Part shown: positions 43,756-64,000 of the stretch, piece by piece
How positions within the stretch are numbered: position 1 is the first letter of the stretch
Layout of the letters: each line of letters begins with the position of its first letter
Source: the human T2T-CHM13v2.0 reference genome, Homo sapiens
Assembly (NCBI RefSeq): GCF_009914755.1
Contig: NC_060938.1
Strand: one strand, 5' to 3'
DNA: 64,000 nucleotides
Translations under genes and position numbers: made by a program
Notes under the pieces: model-generated
Databases searched by the model: none
What the model was told of the DNA's origin: nothing
What the model saw: only the letters and a program-made list of their open reading frames with translations

Positions 43756-46363
43756 CTATTTATCATGAAACCTTATATATGAAGACCACTAAGACACTTT
43801 ACAAACATCACTGTGAATCTCTACAACAATTCTGATAGGTATTATCAACATTTTGCACACAAGGAAAGCAAGTTTTAGACATGTTTAGGAGCATATTACT
43901 AAGGGCATACACAGAGTACATCATGGTGGGCCCAGACCAGTTCTCAATTTATTCCCCCTAGAATGCCTTCTACCATTTCTTTGCTTGGTAAATGCTAATC
44001 ATCTTTCAAGATCCAACTCAAATGTCCCACCATTTATTCATTCATCAGATGACGGCTTTACCCCAGTGAGGCCTTCAAATACTATCATTTTCTTTATGCA
44101 TCTTGCCAGGAAAAAACAAAAAGCCTGGTAGCCAGTTGGTCTTGACTCGTCTAGACAGGAGATGGATTTTAGTTTGGAGGCTTATGGGAATAGCATTGGA
44201 TACTTTACGATGCCTTCTTGACAACCCCAGATGTTACTCAGCCCATTTGGGCTGCCATGTATTGTAGCTGTTTGTCTGCTAGCCTATAGGCTCCTAAAGA
44301 GCAGGGAGAAATGTTTTTAATCTTTGCATTCTCAGGACCTAGCCCAAGCTCTGGTACACAGGAAGCACTCATAGACATGTGAGTGAGTGGGTCTGTGGGT
44401 ATGGGAGTGAGCGCATGGTCAGACAGTCCTGCAGGCTGCCCTGGGTCCTCTAGAGGAAAACCCAAACATCATCAAGAATTGCACTATTACACTTCCTGAC
44501 AAACCTTTCATGTGACTTATCCAGGTAGTGGTCATGCTGGGGAGCTTCTACCAAGTGACCTCCAGGAACTCTCAGCATTGCCAACCAGATTCCTAGGTCA
44601 AAGCCACTGTTATCCTCCATTGCTTGCTCTTGGAATAAATGCCCACCTCCATCCTGGAGAATAAAAACCAAAGGTCCCACAGAACCCCTTTCTCCCAACC
44701 AGACAAAGACAGACGGTATCTGGGCCCTAACTACCTGGAAAGATCATAGAGTGTTTCAAAGATCCAAATATGTTCTGTTTGTGTCCCTGCATCCCTTCTG
44801 TGACAGTTTTCACACTAAGCTCTCAGTGTCCTGTGAAGGTGTCTCAGACCGCCTGGAAGCATGTCGGGGGTGAGGCAGGGGTGGGGGGTTATGGGACTGG
44901 GACTGGCCCCATTAGCTCCAGTCAGGGCAGCTCTGCTCTTACCTGGCTTGTTTCTTTGTTTGTCTGCATTCTATCCCACTTCAGGGGTTCTACAGCTAAA
45001 AGGAATGTGAGAACTACTGCCCAAGTAGGCAGAATGCTACCAGAGAAAGATTTAGACAGACTTGGGTCAAATGCCTGTTTTATCACTTAACAGCTATGTG
45101 CCTTTAGGAAGCAAGTTCACCTCTCCAAACCTCAGTTTCCTCATCCCTACAGCAAAGACAGCAATACCGACCTTACAGAAGAGTTACAAGGAATCACTAA
45201 CACCAACAACTAACCCTCATCCAGAAATTACCATCTATGGCTAGTAGACCTGTGGTTTCTCCAAAAGGGCCTGAAATGAGATTGTGTCTGAGGAGGCTTA
45301 TGTAGAGCTACAGTGTTGGTGAGAACTTTGCTGAGGGACACTGGCATTCAGAGAAGAAGTCTTTCTGGGGCTGACTAAACTAGTTTTCCTCTGCCAACAT
45401 CCCGCTTTATGTTTACAATGGAAGGTGGGTGATATAAATGAAGACTTGGTATTCTGTTGGTGGGAAAAAAGACTGGAGAAATTCAAGAGAAATACAAGTT
45501 TACATGGATCTGAGCTCAGGGAAAGGCGGGCAGTAGAAGTTGATGTGATTTACCTCAGGTTTAGTCAACTTAGTTGCCCTCCCAAGGTTAAAAGGTCAAC
45601 AAGTCCTTTGATGACCATTTGCAAGCAGCCTGGAAGAACTCGTTCAGCTAAGTCACTGCCTCTGAGTACCTCCCCGCAACACAGACCCACCAGCTCCCAC
45701 AGTGCTGCCAGTAATTTCCTAAAAGTCCTCACTGCCTAACCCAACCCTCACAAAATTTACTCTTGAGTTAATAATTAACCACCTCCCGAGGCTTGGTAAT
45801 CCCTTCAACCATTTCCTAGGATCAGAGGTGGAGGAGGGGTGTTTGATTTTTTTTTCAAAGTGAGGAGAAGTGGACAGCTACCTTTCTTGACAAAAGGCAC
45901 AGCAACTCCACGCCTGTGCTGGGCCAGAGCTCTATTTTGTAGTAACCTGCACCATCTCTAGACTGTCAGGTCAGGGTCCATGCTCTGAAAGGAGGTGACC
46001 AGTCTCCCTTGAATGAGGTGGGCTGGGGAATGTCTTGCACTTGGTAATTATCTATGATTCCACATTCCAGGAACCACACTGACTGTTTAATAATCTTTGA
46101 CAAAGATAATTGAACTAATATATGTGAAAGCACTTTGTAAATTGAAAGTAGCATATAATTCTTCTTCTTATTAACTGAACCCTCATTCAAAATGATGATG
46201 TATTTATTAACATATATGTAATATATACATTGATAAACTTATTGACATAACAACATATTTATTAATGTGGTTATGTGTTCATGCTATATTACATTCAAAA
46301 AGCAACTTTTAAAACAGAAAGATCCCACTAGGGATAGGCAGATGAGCACATGAATAGGAGTAA

Positions 46364-46774
<411 letters not shown>

Positions 46775-49084
46775 CACTATTGTAATTTTTTAAACTTAAA
46801 ATGATTAAGAAAATGCCTCCACCTCATCCCACAACCAACAGGCAAGAAGGCCTTGTGGGACGATGCCCTCTGACAGTAACCACTGCTCTACCCACACAGC
46901 GCAAAGAAAGGGAACAATTTCAGCAATAGCCTTCTTGAGGCAGTCCCCAATCCAAGCAGACTGGGAAACTTACACAATTGAGGATCCAGCCCTTTATCAT
47001 CTCACCCTCCATCACAACATTTGCAGGAGAACTTTAGAAGCACACTCAAAGAGCAGGAAGACAAACCAGATGGCCCTGGGCACCTGGAATAGCAGAGGCG
47101 CAGAGGCCCCCAGCTCTGGATGAGTTCCAGGAGGGTTGAGGTGTGGGGCACTCAGACTCAGCCAGTACCTGGCATAGGGCAAGCATTCCACAGACACTTC
47201 TTGAATGAGTCAGTGAGTTACAAGTCAGTTTGGGAAACAGCTTTGTACCAAGTTCCTAGGCATGCCCTGGCCCTCCCTGAGACACCCTGCTGGGCCCTAG
47301 GCACGCACGGTGGGCTGATCATTCAGAAGAGGCTGCCTTAAGTGCAGGAACAAGACCATACAGATGGTGGCATAACTACAAGCACAGATTGTCACTACAC
47401 ACATATCTAGTTCTAATCATAGCTTTATGTCTGCCACCTGGGTGAACTTAGGCATGTGACTTCAATTGTCTGAGCCCAGTTACCTCATCTGTAAAATGGA
47501 AATGATGATCCCTACTTTGGGGAATTCTTGTGAAGACTATAGAAGATGTATAACATTTACCACAGACCCTAGCCCTTAAGCATTTGTAGGTGGTAACAAC
47601 TGTTACCAGTGTACAAGCATTGCTGTATGTACAGCAGTGGGCACACATTTTCCTCTGCTAAAGGTGAGAGACCATTTGGAGCTACTTAGATGGGTAAGCC
47701 TGAGGAAGAAGGAATGAAAGGCCCATTTAATGGGTTATAAATTGTGCTTTGAAGGAAATCCTGCAGCATAGAAGCTAAGACAGCTGAAAGGGAGCAGGGT
47801 GAATTATGTTTTCAAACCACAATCATCAACCAAACTGGGTCAGGAGGCTTAAGTCCTGGGAACAAGTCTAGACTAGAGCAACTAGAGACCTGCTGGCAGA
47901 CCATGTGACAATATCCAAGACACATCATCCAAAGTGCTTCTGATTTGAGGTTTACCTCCAAGTGATTTCCTCTAGAGAGTAGAATAATTTCATCAGATGC
48001 CTCTCACCAGAGGCTCTTCCTTCAAGCCTGCTTTTAGGATCATGGTTATAGGGCAAGACCTAGAGGTTAGTCTTACAACAAGGATACTTAGGGTAAAAGT
48101 TGAAAGGTCCTGCCCTTGTTCTTTCGGTGGAGAAAAAAGCTCTGCAATGGCCTTGTCTTTCCCTGTCTACAATTTCTGTCATCCTGAGAAGACTCTACAT
48201 GCGGCATTTGTGCTTTCCCTTCCCACTGGGAAGGTACGAAGGTACTTGGATACATGACACAACTCTGTCCAAATCGTCACCAGCAGAAACCTCTGGAGTG
48301 TGTGACAGTAAAACCTGAGCAATTTCAGGGTTAGGCTGGGAGAAGAAACCTAGTGGGAATACTGGAGGTAGAAAACAATCATGTTACTGAGAAATCATGG
48401 TTTTCCATTAAAAAAGGCAAGAGAGAGTTGAGTGTGACAAGTGGCTGCTTGTCCCCTCAAATCCACCCTTCCTGTCTTCCATAGTGGGGCACACAGTTGT
48501 CCAGCTAGAACGTACATTTTTCTGCCTCCCTTGGAGCCAGGTGTGCCCACATAACCAAGTGCAGGCAATTGGGTGTGCAGAGATGTGTACAACTTCTGGA
48601 TAGTTTCCAAATTAAAGATAAACTGCGCTTGCCATGAGTAAGTTCTCCTTCCTCTTTTATGAAAATTGTAATACACACATAACAGTCACCCAATTTAACC
48701 ATTCGGTCAAGGTCAATGCACTGAGGGAATCTAAAAGAACCTAGGTTCCTAAACGATCTCATGGGGCACAGTTGCCCTGCTAGCCTGGGCTATTTAGCTA
48801 GTTTTTGAAAGAGAATATGCTTCTATCCTATCTAAGCCTCCATATCTGTATGCCTCTTTGTAATAGCAGCTTAGCTTAATTGATGTATTAATCTCATTAG
48901 CATATGGTCAAGCAATAAAAGTGTTAAACTGAAACATGAAATTGCTGATTTTATATATCAAAAATAGTTGAATATCAGTATACAACTCAACTTAATGAGA
49001 TCAGGTCAGATATTTTAAGGAAAGTTAAACTCATTTCTTCTCATTAGCTACTTTACCCTGTAATTAATGCATGGTAAAATGAGG

Positions 49085-51514
<2,430 letters not shown>

Positions 51515-51745
51515 CTAAAAAGCTATATCTATGTCCCAATACCCAGAATCCTTATTTGAGTCATTATCTTCACTAGAGTCTCTGGAGGGTGTGGCCCTGC
51601 CCACATCACTTTCAGGCTTCTGGCCTCAGGAACTATAAAAGCACGCACTTCTGTTGCTTTAAGCCACTAGGTTTAGTAATTTGCTACAGCAGCCCTAGGA
51701 AACTAATAACAATGGTGACCCATACACACCTTTTAAATATACTAA

Positions 51746-52072
<327 letters not shown>

Positions 52073-52996
52073 TAAAGTGTACAAAGGATTAGCTTTACGG
52101 TATGTGAATAATAGCTCAATAAAGCTATTATTTAAAATAAACGTGCACACACACACACACACACACACATACACAGCTCACTTTACAACACATCAGGACA
52201 ATAACTCCATGGACTGATATATAATGATAAACTACAGTCCTTTCTTTTGTATACTAAGGTGATGCTACTGTCCCACAGCCATGACAACATATACTAGGTA
52301 GTTGCTCATCCTTCCTCAGCTGGGAAAAATTTTAGATCTATTTCCTTGCAACCTTTTGGGCTCACATTTACTAGGAGGATGGCTGGTCATTTCTAGTCTG
52401 CGGCTTTGCAGTTCTGGGCACATATTTGGGACCCATTTTTTTCTGATTTCTGGATCAATGTCAACAGATAGAGCCTTGACTAAAAGATGAACTAGATAAC
52501 TGGAAAAGGTAATTTTTAGGCCATCAAGAAAAACGAGATTGCACAAAGAACATTCATTGGCTCAGGAGCTTTAGAGTGAGGACATTGGGTTAATCCCCTC
52601 CCCAAGTTCAGCAGTAACAGCCACGAAAGCCTAGCATTGCTGAGCAAGCCAGACTGATCCTCACGAAGCTCTCCGAGAAGGACCGAGTGTCCTTCCCATC
52701 TTACAGCGTAGAGATGGGAGTACATGTTGCCCCTGGAATCTACTGGCCTTTCCTAGGGAGCAATCACCAGCAAAAAGTGGCCTGCGTATAGCACTTCAGG
52801 GATTTTTTTGGTAGATGAAAGCATTAGAAACTGTCCCCTGGCAATATGGGAATTGGCATAGATGACTCTTGGGGGAGGTCACTTAGACCTACTTCAGGTG
52901 CCTGGGATCCTAGGTAACCTCAATTCTCCAAGTCTTGAAATGTGTGTGCCACCAAGATGGACCTAGGAAATGCTGTCCCTGCCCCCCTGGACCTTA

Positions 52997-53218
<222 letters not shown>

Positions 53219-53476
53219 TTAATCACAGGGAAACCACAGAACAGAACTCTTCTGCCATCCTCCTGGCCTCTCCTGTGGGCTCCAGCATTTAGCTGCCATG
53301 GATTGATGGTCAGAGCCATCATTTCTTAAACACCTACAGTGCATCCATTTTTGTACCACCCATTTTATAGCCACTATCTCTAATCCTCACAACAACTTAC
53401 AAGGCAGGTACTATTGCCATCTCAGTTTTACTGATGAAGAAACTAAAATACACATGTCACAATTAAATAAATTCCT

Positions 53477-53637
53477 GGCTGGGCACAGTGGTTCACGCAT
53501 GTAATCCCAGCATTTGGGGAGGCCGAGACGGGTGGATCACCTGAGATTAGGAGTTTGACACCTGCCTGGCCAACATGGTGAAATCCCGTCTCTACTAAAA
53601 ATACAAAAAATTAGCTAGGTGTGGTAGTGCACGCCAG
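53477..53637 (+). mobile_element. 3'-truncated AluS (left arm and start of the right arm)
   Basis: Alu similarity ends abruptly at gtgcacgcc. Confidence 0.85.
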
Positions 53638-53749
53638 TGACTCTCAATAATCATGTCCTCAAATACCGGTATCTACCAAGCACCCGTTGCTACTAATCAT
53701 TAAAGCACCAAAGCTTGTGAAAGCCTTATTTTATTTTTTGTAGACCTTT

Positions 53750-54970
53750 TTTTTGGGCTGAAATCCACATAACATAAAATTAACCATTTCAAAGTGAACA
53801 ATTTAGTGATATTGTGTACATTCACAATGTTGTACAACTACCACCTGTCTAGTTCCAAAACATTTTCACCACCCCAAAAGGAAACCCTGTACCCATTAAG
53901 CAATTATTCCCCATTCTCCCTCCTCCCAAACCTTAGCAATCACCAATGTCCTTTGTCTTTATAAATTTACCTAGTCTGAATACTTCATGTAAATACAATC
54001 ATACAATATGTGACACACCTGCTTATTTCACTGAACATGTTTTCAAGTTCATCCACATTATAGCTTATATCAGTACTTCATTCCTCTTTATGGGTGAATA
54101 ATATTCCACTGTATGTACATATTACAGTTTATCCTTTTGTCCACTGATAGACACATGGGTTGTTTCCACTTTCTGGCTACTGTGACTAGTGTGTATGAAC
54201 ATGTGTATACATATATTTGTATACTTGTTGTCATTTGGGGGGTACAGATCTAGGAGCATATTTGCTGGATCGCATGGTAATTCGTGTTTATCTTTTGAAG
54301 GAACCACCAAATTGTTCTGCACAGCAGAAGAACCATTTTACATTTCCACAAGCAGACTATGGGGGTTTCAATTTCTCCACATCCTCACGAATACTTGTTA
54401 TTTTCCTTATTATTGGTATTCTTAATGCCATCCTAGTGCATGTGATATGGTAACTCATTGTGGTTTGGGTTTGCATTTCCCTGATGACTAATGATATTGA
54501 ACATCTATCTTCTCATGAGTTTGTTGTCCATTTGTGTATCTTCTTTGGAGAAATGTCCAGTCAATCCTTTGCCCATTTTTAAAGTAAGTGGTTTGTCTTT
54601 TTATTATTGAGTTATAAGAGCTCTTCATATATTCTGATACTAGACCCTTATCAGATACATGACTTGCAAATATTTCTCCCATTCTACTGGCTGTCTTCTC
54701 CCTTACTTGATACTTTTGATACACCAAAGTTTTTAATTTAGATGAAGTCCACTTTATTTTTTTATTTATTGCACATACTTTTGGTATAATATCTAAGAAT
54801 CATTAACACATTCAAGATCATGAAGATTTAATTCTATGTTTTCTTCCAAAAGTTTTATGGTTTCAGCTCTTACATTTAGGTCATTGATCCACTTTTAATT
54901 TCTGCATATAACAGGGGTCGAATTTCATTCTTTTGCATGTGGCTATGCAGTTGTCGCAGCCCCATTTGTT
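53750..54970 (-). mobile_element. Old L1M 3' region
   Basis: catacaatatgtg, ttctttggagaaatgtc, tagacccttatcagatac, ttgcatgtggctatgcagttgt. Confidence 0.85.
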
Positions 54971-55245
54971 TAAAGAGGAAAGCTTTAAAACACAGAGGGG
55001 AGAGCTGTTATCTCCCAACATGCTTTCCTGAGTGGAAGAGAAAGGTTATATTCACAGCAGTTTACATATTTGTACCACTGCAGTAAGCCCACTGTAAACT
55101 TCTACCACTGACAAACAGCTGTGGCAATAACAAACTGTCATGCTTTCACATCTTGAAAAATGTAAGAATGTTTTATCAAATTTTGGTGAAGTCCATAAGA
55201 GTGCATTGTGTAAACCTCACCTCTCCTGTCGAGCAATGGCAAAAA

Positions 55246-57947
<2,702 letters not shown>

Positions 57948-59115
57948 TACCGAGAAGAACTAACGAGTCTAGGCGTAAGTCAATGGGGGCCTGGCCAGGC
58001 AGTGGAACAGAAAGGAAAAGATACATTGGAACTAAAGACCCAGTGATTAACCAGATGTAGGGGCCTGATGGAGAAGGAAGACATCTCCAGCCTTTCAGGT
58101 TTGGGTGACAAGCAGAAGAATGGTGGTGCCCCTAATTGGGAAGTTGAGAGAAAAAGCCCATTTGAAGAAGCCAAGTTTAGTTTTGGACATAATGGGTCTA
58201 GGTTCACTGTAATAAGAGTCAGTATGGAACAGGAAAAGAGCAGATAATTTAAATCCTAGGCTTGACACTCTTAATGTGACCCTGGACAAATCTCTTAAAC
58301 TTTGTACCTCAATTCCTGCTTCTACAAAATGGGGATAAAGATTAAAGGCGATACAGCAATAAAGCAACTAGCAGAGTACCTGGCACTTGGAGCACTATAG
58401 TTATTATTATAATTAGGTATCCTGTACATAAATGGAAACCATAGGGTTCAGCGCTCAAGGGACTGATATGGAAGGCCTGGCAGTCCCTGACACACAATAA
58501 CCACGCAATACATTTTTGCTGTATAGATAAATGGAATGCTTGATTAATAATGACACCTACTCATTATGGGTCACTTACTACGTAGCAGCACGATGCTGTT
58601 TATGTCCATCACTTTTGTTAATCCTTAAATCACCCCTCAGCAGTAGGTGTAATTATTTTCCCCATTTTATGCACTCCAAACCAGACACAGAAAGGTTAAG
58701 TCAGTTGCCCAGTCAGTGAGGGATGGGGAAGGGAATCAAATCCAGATCTGTCTGACTTCAGAACCACATTCTTCACCTTTGTGCCATGCCGTACAGAGGC
58801 CAGAAAGAAATCCTATGTGTCTTTAAGCCCTGCCTCCATTTCTGCCTAATCCCTAAAGCTGTAATTGATTAGTCTACCCTGCACTTCTTTTTCCTGAATT
58901 CTTCCTTCAGCATCCAAATACCACATAATCTAACACTATATGCACTTCTAATCATTCCTGACTGCTGCATATATATGGGTGTCATCATTTCCGCTAGCAT
59001 GTGATACAGTATGACTCCTAGAAAGCAAAAACCTCATTCTTTTTCTTCTGGAACCTATGCCATGTCCCCTTTAGGAACCAAGCACAGGACCAGGCTCTTT
59101 GAAAGAACTCATGCC

Positions 59116-59477
<362 letters not shown>

Positions 59478-59719
59478 CTATCCACTTTCCCATCTTATTG
59501 TTGCCAGGTATTGGGGTAGGGGGTGGAGGGGCACTGGGAGGAGACTAGAGAAAGAGTAATACCTCAGCCAGGGGTTCACCAGTGACTAACACACCCAGTT
59601 AGTGCCAGGTCGGGTAGGGGACACACAGAGAAAGATAACCTGAAGACTCTCAGCTTATCTCAACGGCCTTTCGCCTTCTATAAGGAAAGACAATGTGACA
59701 AAAGTGAGTATCAGGTCAA

Positions 59720-59975
59720 GACAGGGTCTCACTCTGTTGCCCAGAATGGAGTGCAGTGGCACAATCATAGCTCACTGTAACCTTGAACTACTGGGCTCAA
59801 GCGTTTCTCCACCTCAGCATTCCGAGTAGCTAGGACTACAGGTGCGCACCACCAACCCCAGCTAATTTTTTATTTTTTGTATTGACCGGCTGGTCTTGAA
59901 CGCCTGGTCTCAAGCAATCCTCCTGCCTTGGCTTCCCAAACACTGGAATTACAGAAGCGAGCCACTGTGCCTGGC
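59720..59975 (-). mobile_element. AluJ with an internal deletion
   Basis: Reverse AluJ-like sequence. Confidence 0.82.
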
Positions 59976-60069
59976 ACAAAGACATCATTCTTGATTATTT
60001 CCCAATTAGGACACCACCTATATATACCACTTAATATTATTATTTAAATAATATTTAATGGGCATCAAA

Positions 60070-60330
60070 AAATAGAAAGAATAAGACCTAGTATTTGATA
60101 GCACAACAGGGTGACTATAGTCAAAATAATTTAATTGTACATTTAAAAATAACTAAAGTATAATTGAGCTGCTTGTAACACAAAGGATAAACGCTTGAGG
60201 GGATGGATATCCCATTTTCCATGATGTGATTATTATGCATCATATGCCTGTATCACAATATCTCATGTACCCCAAAAATATATACACCTATTATGTACCC
60301 ACAAAAATTAAAAATTAAAAAAAAATTTAA
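60070..60330 (+). mobile_element. L1MA 3' end
   Basis: gatagcacaacagggtgactatagtc...gaggggatggatatccc...tatgtacccacaaaaattaaaaa. Confidence 0.82.
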
Positions 60331-61075
60331 AGAAGAAATTCTATATCACTATTGTAAATGGGAAAGCCAAAAATTCTCCTAACATTGAGTAACCTGTACA
60401 AACAAATAAAATGAAACAAAAATAAATGGTACAGTGGCAGACCCGCATATGGTCAAAATGCTGAGCCTAAGGCCTGCCTTCTCTGCTTGAGAAGAAAGAT
60501 TTGAAGTGTTAGAGAGGAATTACAGACAAACAGCACCAAAATGAATGTTGATCCTCCATTTACACAAAAAAGCTGAATGACTTTCTTTGGGATTCAATGT
60601 TGCTTAATGCAGACCACTTAAAATGGTCTCAAGGCCATCCCATTAGGAGGTCAGCAGGAGAAATCGGGGGTGTCTTGCCACTAAGGGATTTGTGAATCTG
60701 ACCTAATATCATTTAGCTGAGGCCAGGCTCTCAAAACTTGGCATCACTGAGGAGACTCTCCCATTAGGTCCTAATGGTAAACTTAGCTTTGGTTGATGAT
60801 CTATGTCATTTTCAGATTTCTTATTTATTATTCATCTCCATTAGTACAAGAGGCTTCAATTTGCTAAATGCTCACCTTGGTGCCAAGGCTCATGTCCTCA
60901 GGCCTGCATTTGGTTCAGATGATTCAATGCCATCTCTCCTACATTATGTAACTCAGCTAATTTGGTTTTGAGGGTTATGTTTTGTTTTATTTTTTAAAGT
61001 TTATTGTTAAACGTATTATACACATAGGAGAGTACATTAAAATGTATACATGTAACATGTACAAATGTATATATG

Positions 61076-61245
61076 GGTGGGAGTGGTGGAGCACACCCGT
61101 AGTCCCAGCTACTTGGGAGGCTGAGGCAGGAGAATGGCTTGAGCCCAGGAATTCAAGGCTATAGCACACCATGTTTGTGCCTGTGAACAGCCACTGCACT
61201 CCAATCTGGGCAACACAGTGAAACTCCATTTCTAAAATTTAAAAA
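61076..61245 (+). mobile_element. FAM (fossil Alu monomer)
   Basis: Single monomer with the 7SL-like segment gcctgtgaacagccactgcactcc; TSD aaatgtatatatgg. Confidence 0.8.
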
Positions 61246-61482
61246 TGTATATATGGTTTAAAGAACATAATATGAAAACCCACATAATCCCATCCAGTCC
61301 CTTTAGAAGTTCCATGTGTCTCTCTCCACCACCCCCTTTCCTCTCTCCCTAAACATCTGACAACCGTGACTTCTGTTATTCATTTCTTTACTTCTCTTTA
61401 TGATTTTACCAGCTATGTACACATCTCTAAATAAGATAATGTTTAGTTTTGAAAAAGTGAGTGGCAAACAAAAAATGAAGCT

Positions 61483-61963
61483 GTGTGTTGTAGCCTCCTA
61501 GGGCTGCCATAACAAATTAACAGAAACTGGGTGGCTCAAAACAATAGAAATTATTCTCTCACAGTTCTGGAGGTTAGAAGTCCAAAATCAAGGTGTCGGC
61601 AGGGCCATCTCCCTTCAAAGGTTCCAGGGAAGGATCCTTCTTTGACCCTTCTAGCTTCTAGCAGTTGCCAGTAGTTTTTAGTGTCCCTTGGCTCGTAGCA
61701 GCGTTAAGTCTAATCTCTGCCTCCATCTTCACATGGCCATCTTCCCTTTGTGTATCTGTCTGCATCTTCACCTAACATTCTCCTATTTGTCTATGTGTCC
61801 TTATAAGGACATCGGTCATTGGATTAGGGCCCATCCTAATCCAGTATGACCTCATCTTAACTTGACTACATCTGCAAAGATGGTATTTCCAAATTTCACA
61901 GGTTAGGACTTCAACTTATTGTTTGTGTGGAGGGTTGTGGGGGACACTATTCTACCCACAACA
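61483..61963 (-). mobile_element. MLT1 (MaLR, MLT1C-like) LTR
   Basis: gggctgccataacaaatt...ctcacagttctggagg...aagtccaaaatcaaggtgtcggcagggcc...taatccagtatgacctcatcttaac. Confidence 0.85.
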
Positions 61964-62161
61964 CCATGGAGGAGTAAAAATACTGCCTTTGCTAAATGAA
62001 GCCTTCCCAAAGGGAATAAGATAAACAGAGTCTCTGGGAAATTCCCATGGAATTTACAAGAGCCCTTCCTGGGAAAGTTGATAGGCAAGATCATGAACAA
62101 GTCCTGGAAACACAGGGCAGGTAACCACAGTGGGAACACCTGGTGGTAGGGGTCAAGGTAA

Positions 62162-62530
<369 letters not shown>

Positions 62531-64000
62531 TAGCATCGAGGGTTGGGCAAAGAAAACACTTCTGTTAATATAAAATGCGTCTATCCATCAGCAGGGCAAG
62601 GAGGGGCGACAGAAGCTTCATCAGCACATGAGCAAGACAGCCAAGAGCAGATACAATCTGCCCCAGGCTTCCCCAGGTAGTCAGTCCTCCAGTTAAATCA
62701 ATGGCACAATGATTGCAGGTAAGTTGGTGATGACATTCTGAGTCACGCTGCTCAGATCTAAGCTGCCCATCCTCTACGTCTGGTACACAGTCCTAAGGGG
62801 TTCCCTTCGTCTCCCTCCTGTGTTAATCCCTGTGTCCTGTACCCCACTCCCCTCTTTACTGATTCCTTCCCCTGCTTCGGTGGTGTGTACTCTCCAGTAG
62901 TTCCTTAGAAAGGACGCGTAGGAGGTATGTTTTGTTTTATTTATTTTTTTCTGTGCTTGCTGTCTCCAGTCCAGTAACTCTTGTTTTACCCTTTCCAAGA
63001 AGAAAAGGCAGTCAAGTGGCTGCATAAAGTAGAGGAGATTCTGTGATATAAAGGGATTGCTTTTTTTTTTTGCTTTCCCTACTGTCAACTTAATTATCTT
63101 TCTCAAATGTTCTAAGTCAGTTACCACTTCTCCATCAGTTTTCCAGTCTCCAAAACATAACAGCTATCGTCTCTTCTCCCATGCACCTTGTAGGTTTGCT
63201 GTGGCTTTCACTGGGTTTCAGGAGGGAGTAAAGGTAGCTGTAGCATTTCACATGTTCAATCTGCTACCCTAGCATAGAACTGTGCCTTCAGTTTTGTTTT
63301 CTTGGGGTAGGGAGAAGGAAACTAGCATATCCTACAAAGGAAACTTTTCAAAGGCTTCCGGCTTTCCATCACTTGGTTCTTCCATCTCTCCTGATATGCA
63401 AAATCCATCCTGGGAGGGTGTAATAGAGGAAGGCATATACGTACTCCTGCTTGTTCCTGCCAAAGCCCAGGGCTTAAACTCCAGATCTATGTCACAGCAT
63501 CCTGTCTCACCTTAATAAAAACAGTCTCTGAGCTACACCAAGGCAGAAAGAAAAAAGCAACAGATGGAGACCCAGGGTGTCTGGGTTCTCGCTCCACCAC
63601 TGTGTGACCTTCACCAGGCCCCCATTTCCCTACCTCTGACATTCCTGGAGTCTGTAACTCCCTGGAAACTGTGTCAGTCCTTCCCAGGAGCCAGCCAAGC
63701 CCCACCATCCATCTGAGCTGAAGAACAGCTAAACACAGGGGGAAAAGGAGTTAGGTGAAGTGATTCTACCCCAGAGAAAAGCCCTATTCATTAGACACAG
63801 CCAGCCTTTAGGGCTCCTGAGTGGCACGTGAGATATTTGCTTCCTACAGCACGTTGCCTCCAGTGGAGGAAGGAAGATGATCTCAGACCCAACACAGAGC
63901 AGGCTCCCTGTTGTGCTGACGCAGCAAGAGCTGCATGAGAGAGCCTGACTCGTGGACCACTACCAGGGAGCCAGAGTGTGGCCGCTGTGCATCCCCCAGC

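Overview
Human (primate) genomic DNA, rich in Alu, L1, LTR and DNA-transposon repeats. The minus strand carries the 3' two-thirds of MAP3K9 (MLK1, mixed-lineage kinase 1). I traced ten GT-AG-bounded coding exons from kinase subdomain VII (52998-53178) to the stop codon (22384-22386). They total 2495 nt and splice in continuous frame. There is also an in-frame 42-nt cassette exon (25761-25802) lying antisense inside an MLT2 (ERV-L) LTR. The 3' UTR is about 7.9 kb and ends at an AATAAA signal at 14541-14546. The SH3 and early kinase exons lie beyond the right edge of the window; 1-14.5 kb is downstream intergenic repeat DNA. There is no prokaryotic-type system here, and nearly all other ORF-track entries are Alu, L1 or shadow artefacts. 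The most unusual unexplained pattern is four short local copy-paste events: an inverted 113-bp copy inserted in an Alu, an exact 59-bp copy, an exact 28-bp Alu-junction copy, and a 45-bp repeat straddling the poly(A) site. Repeat subfamily names and exon numbers come from recalled consensus sequences and annotation, not from a database search; repeat boundaries are approximate.
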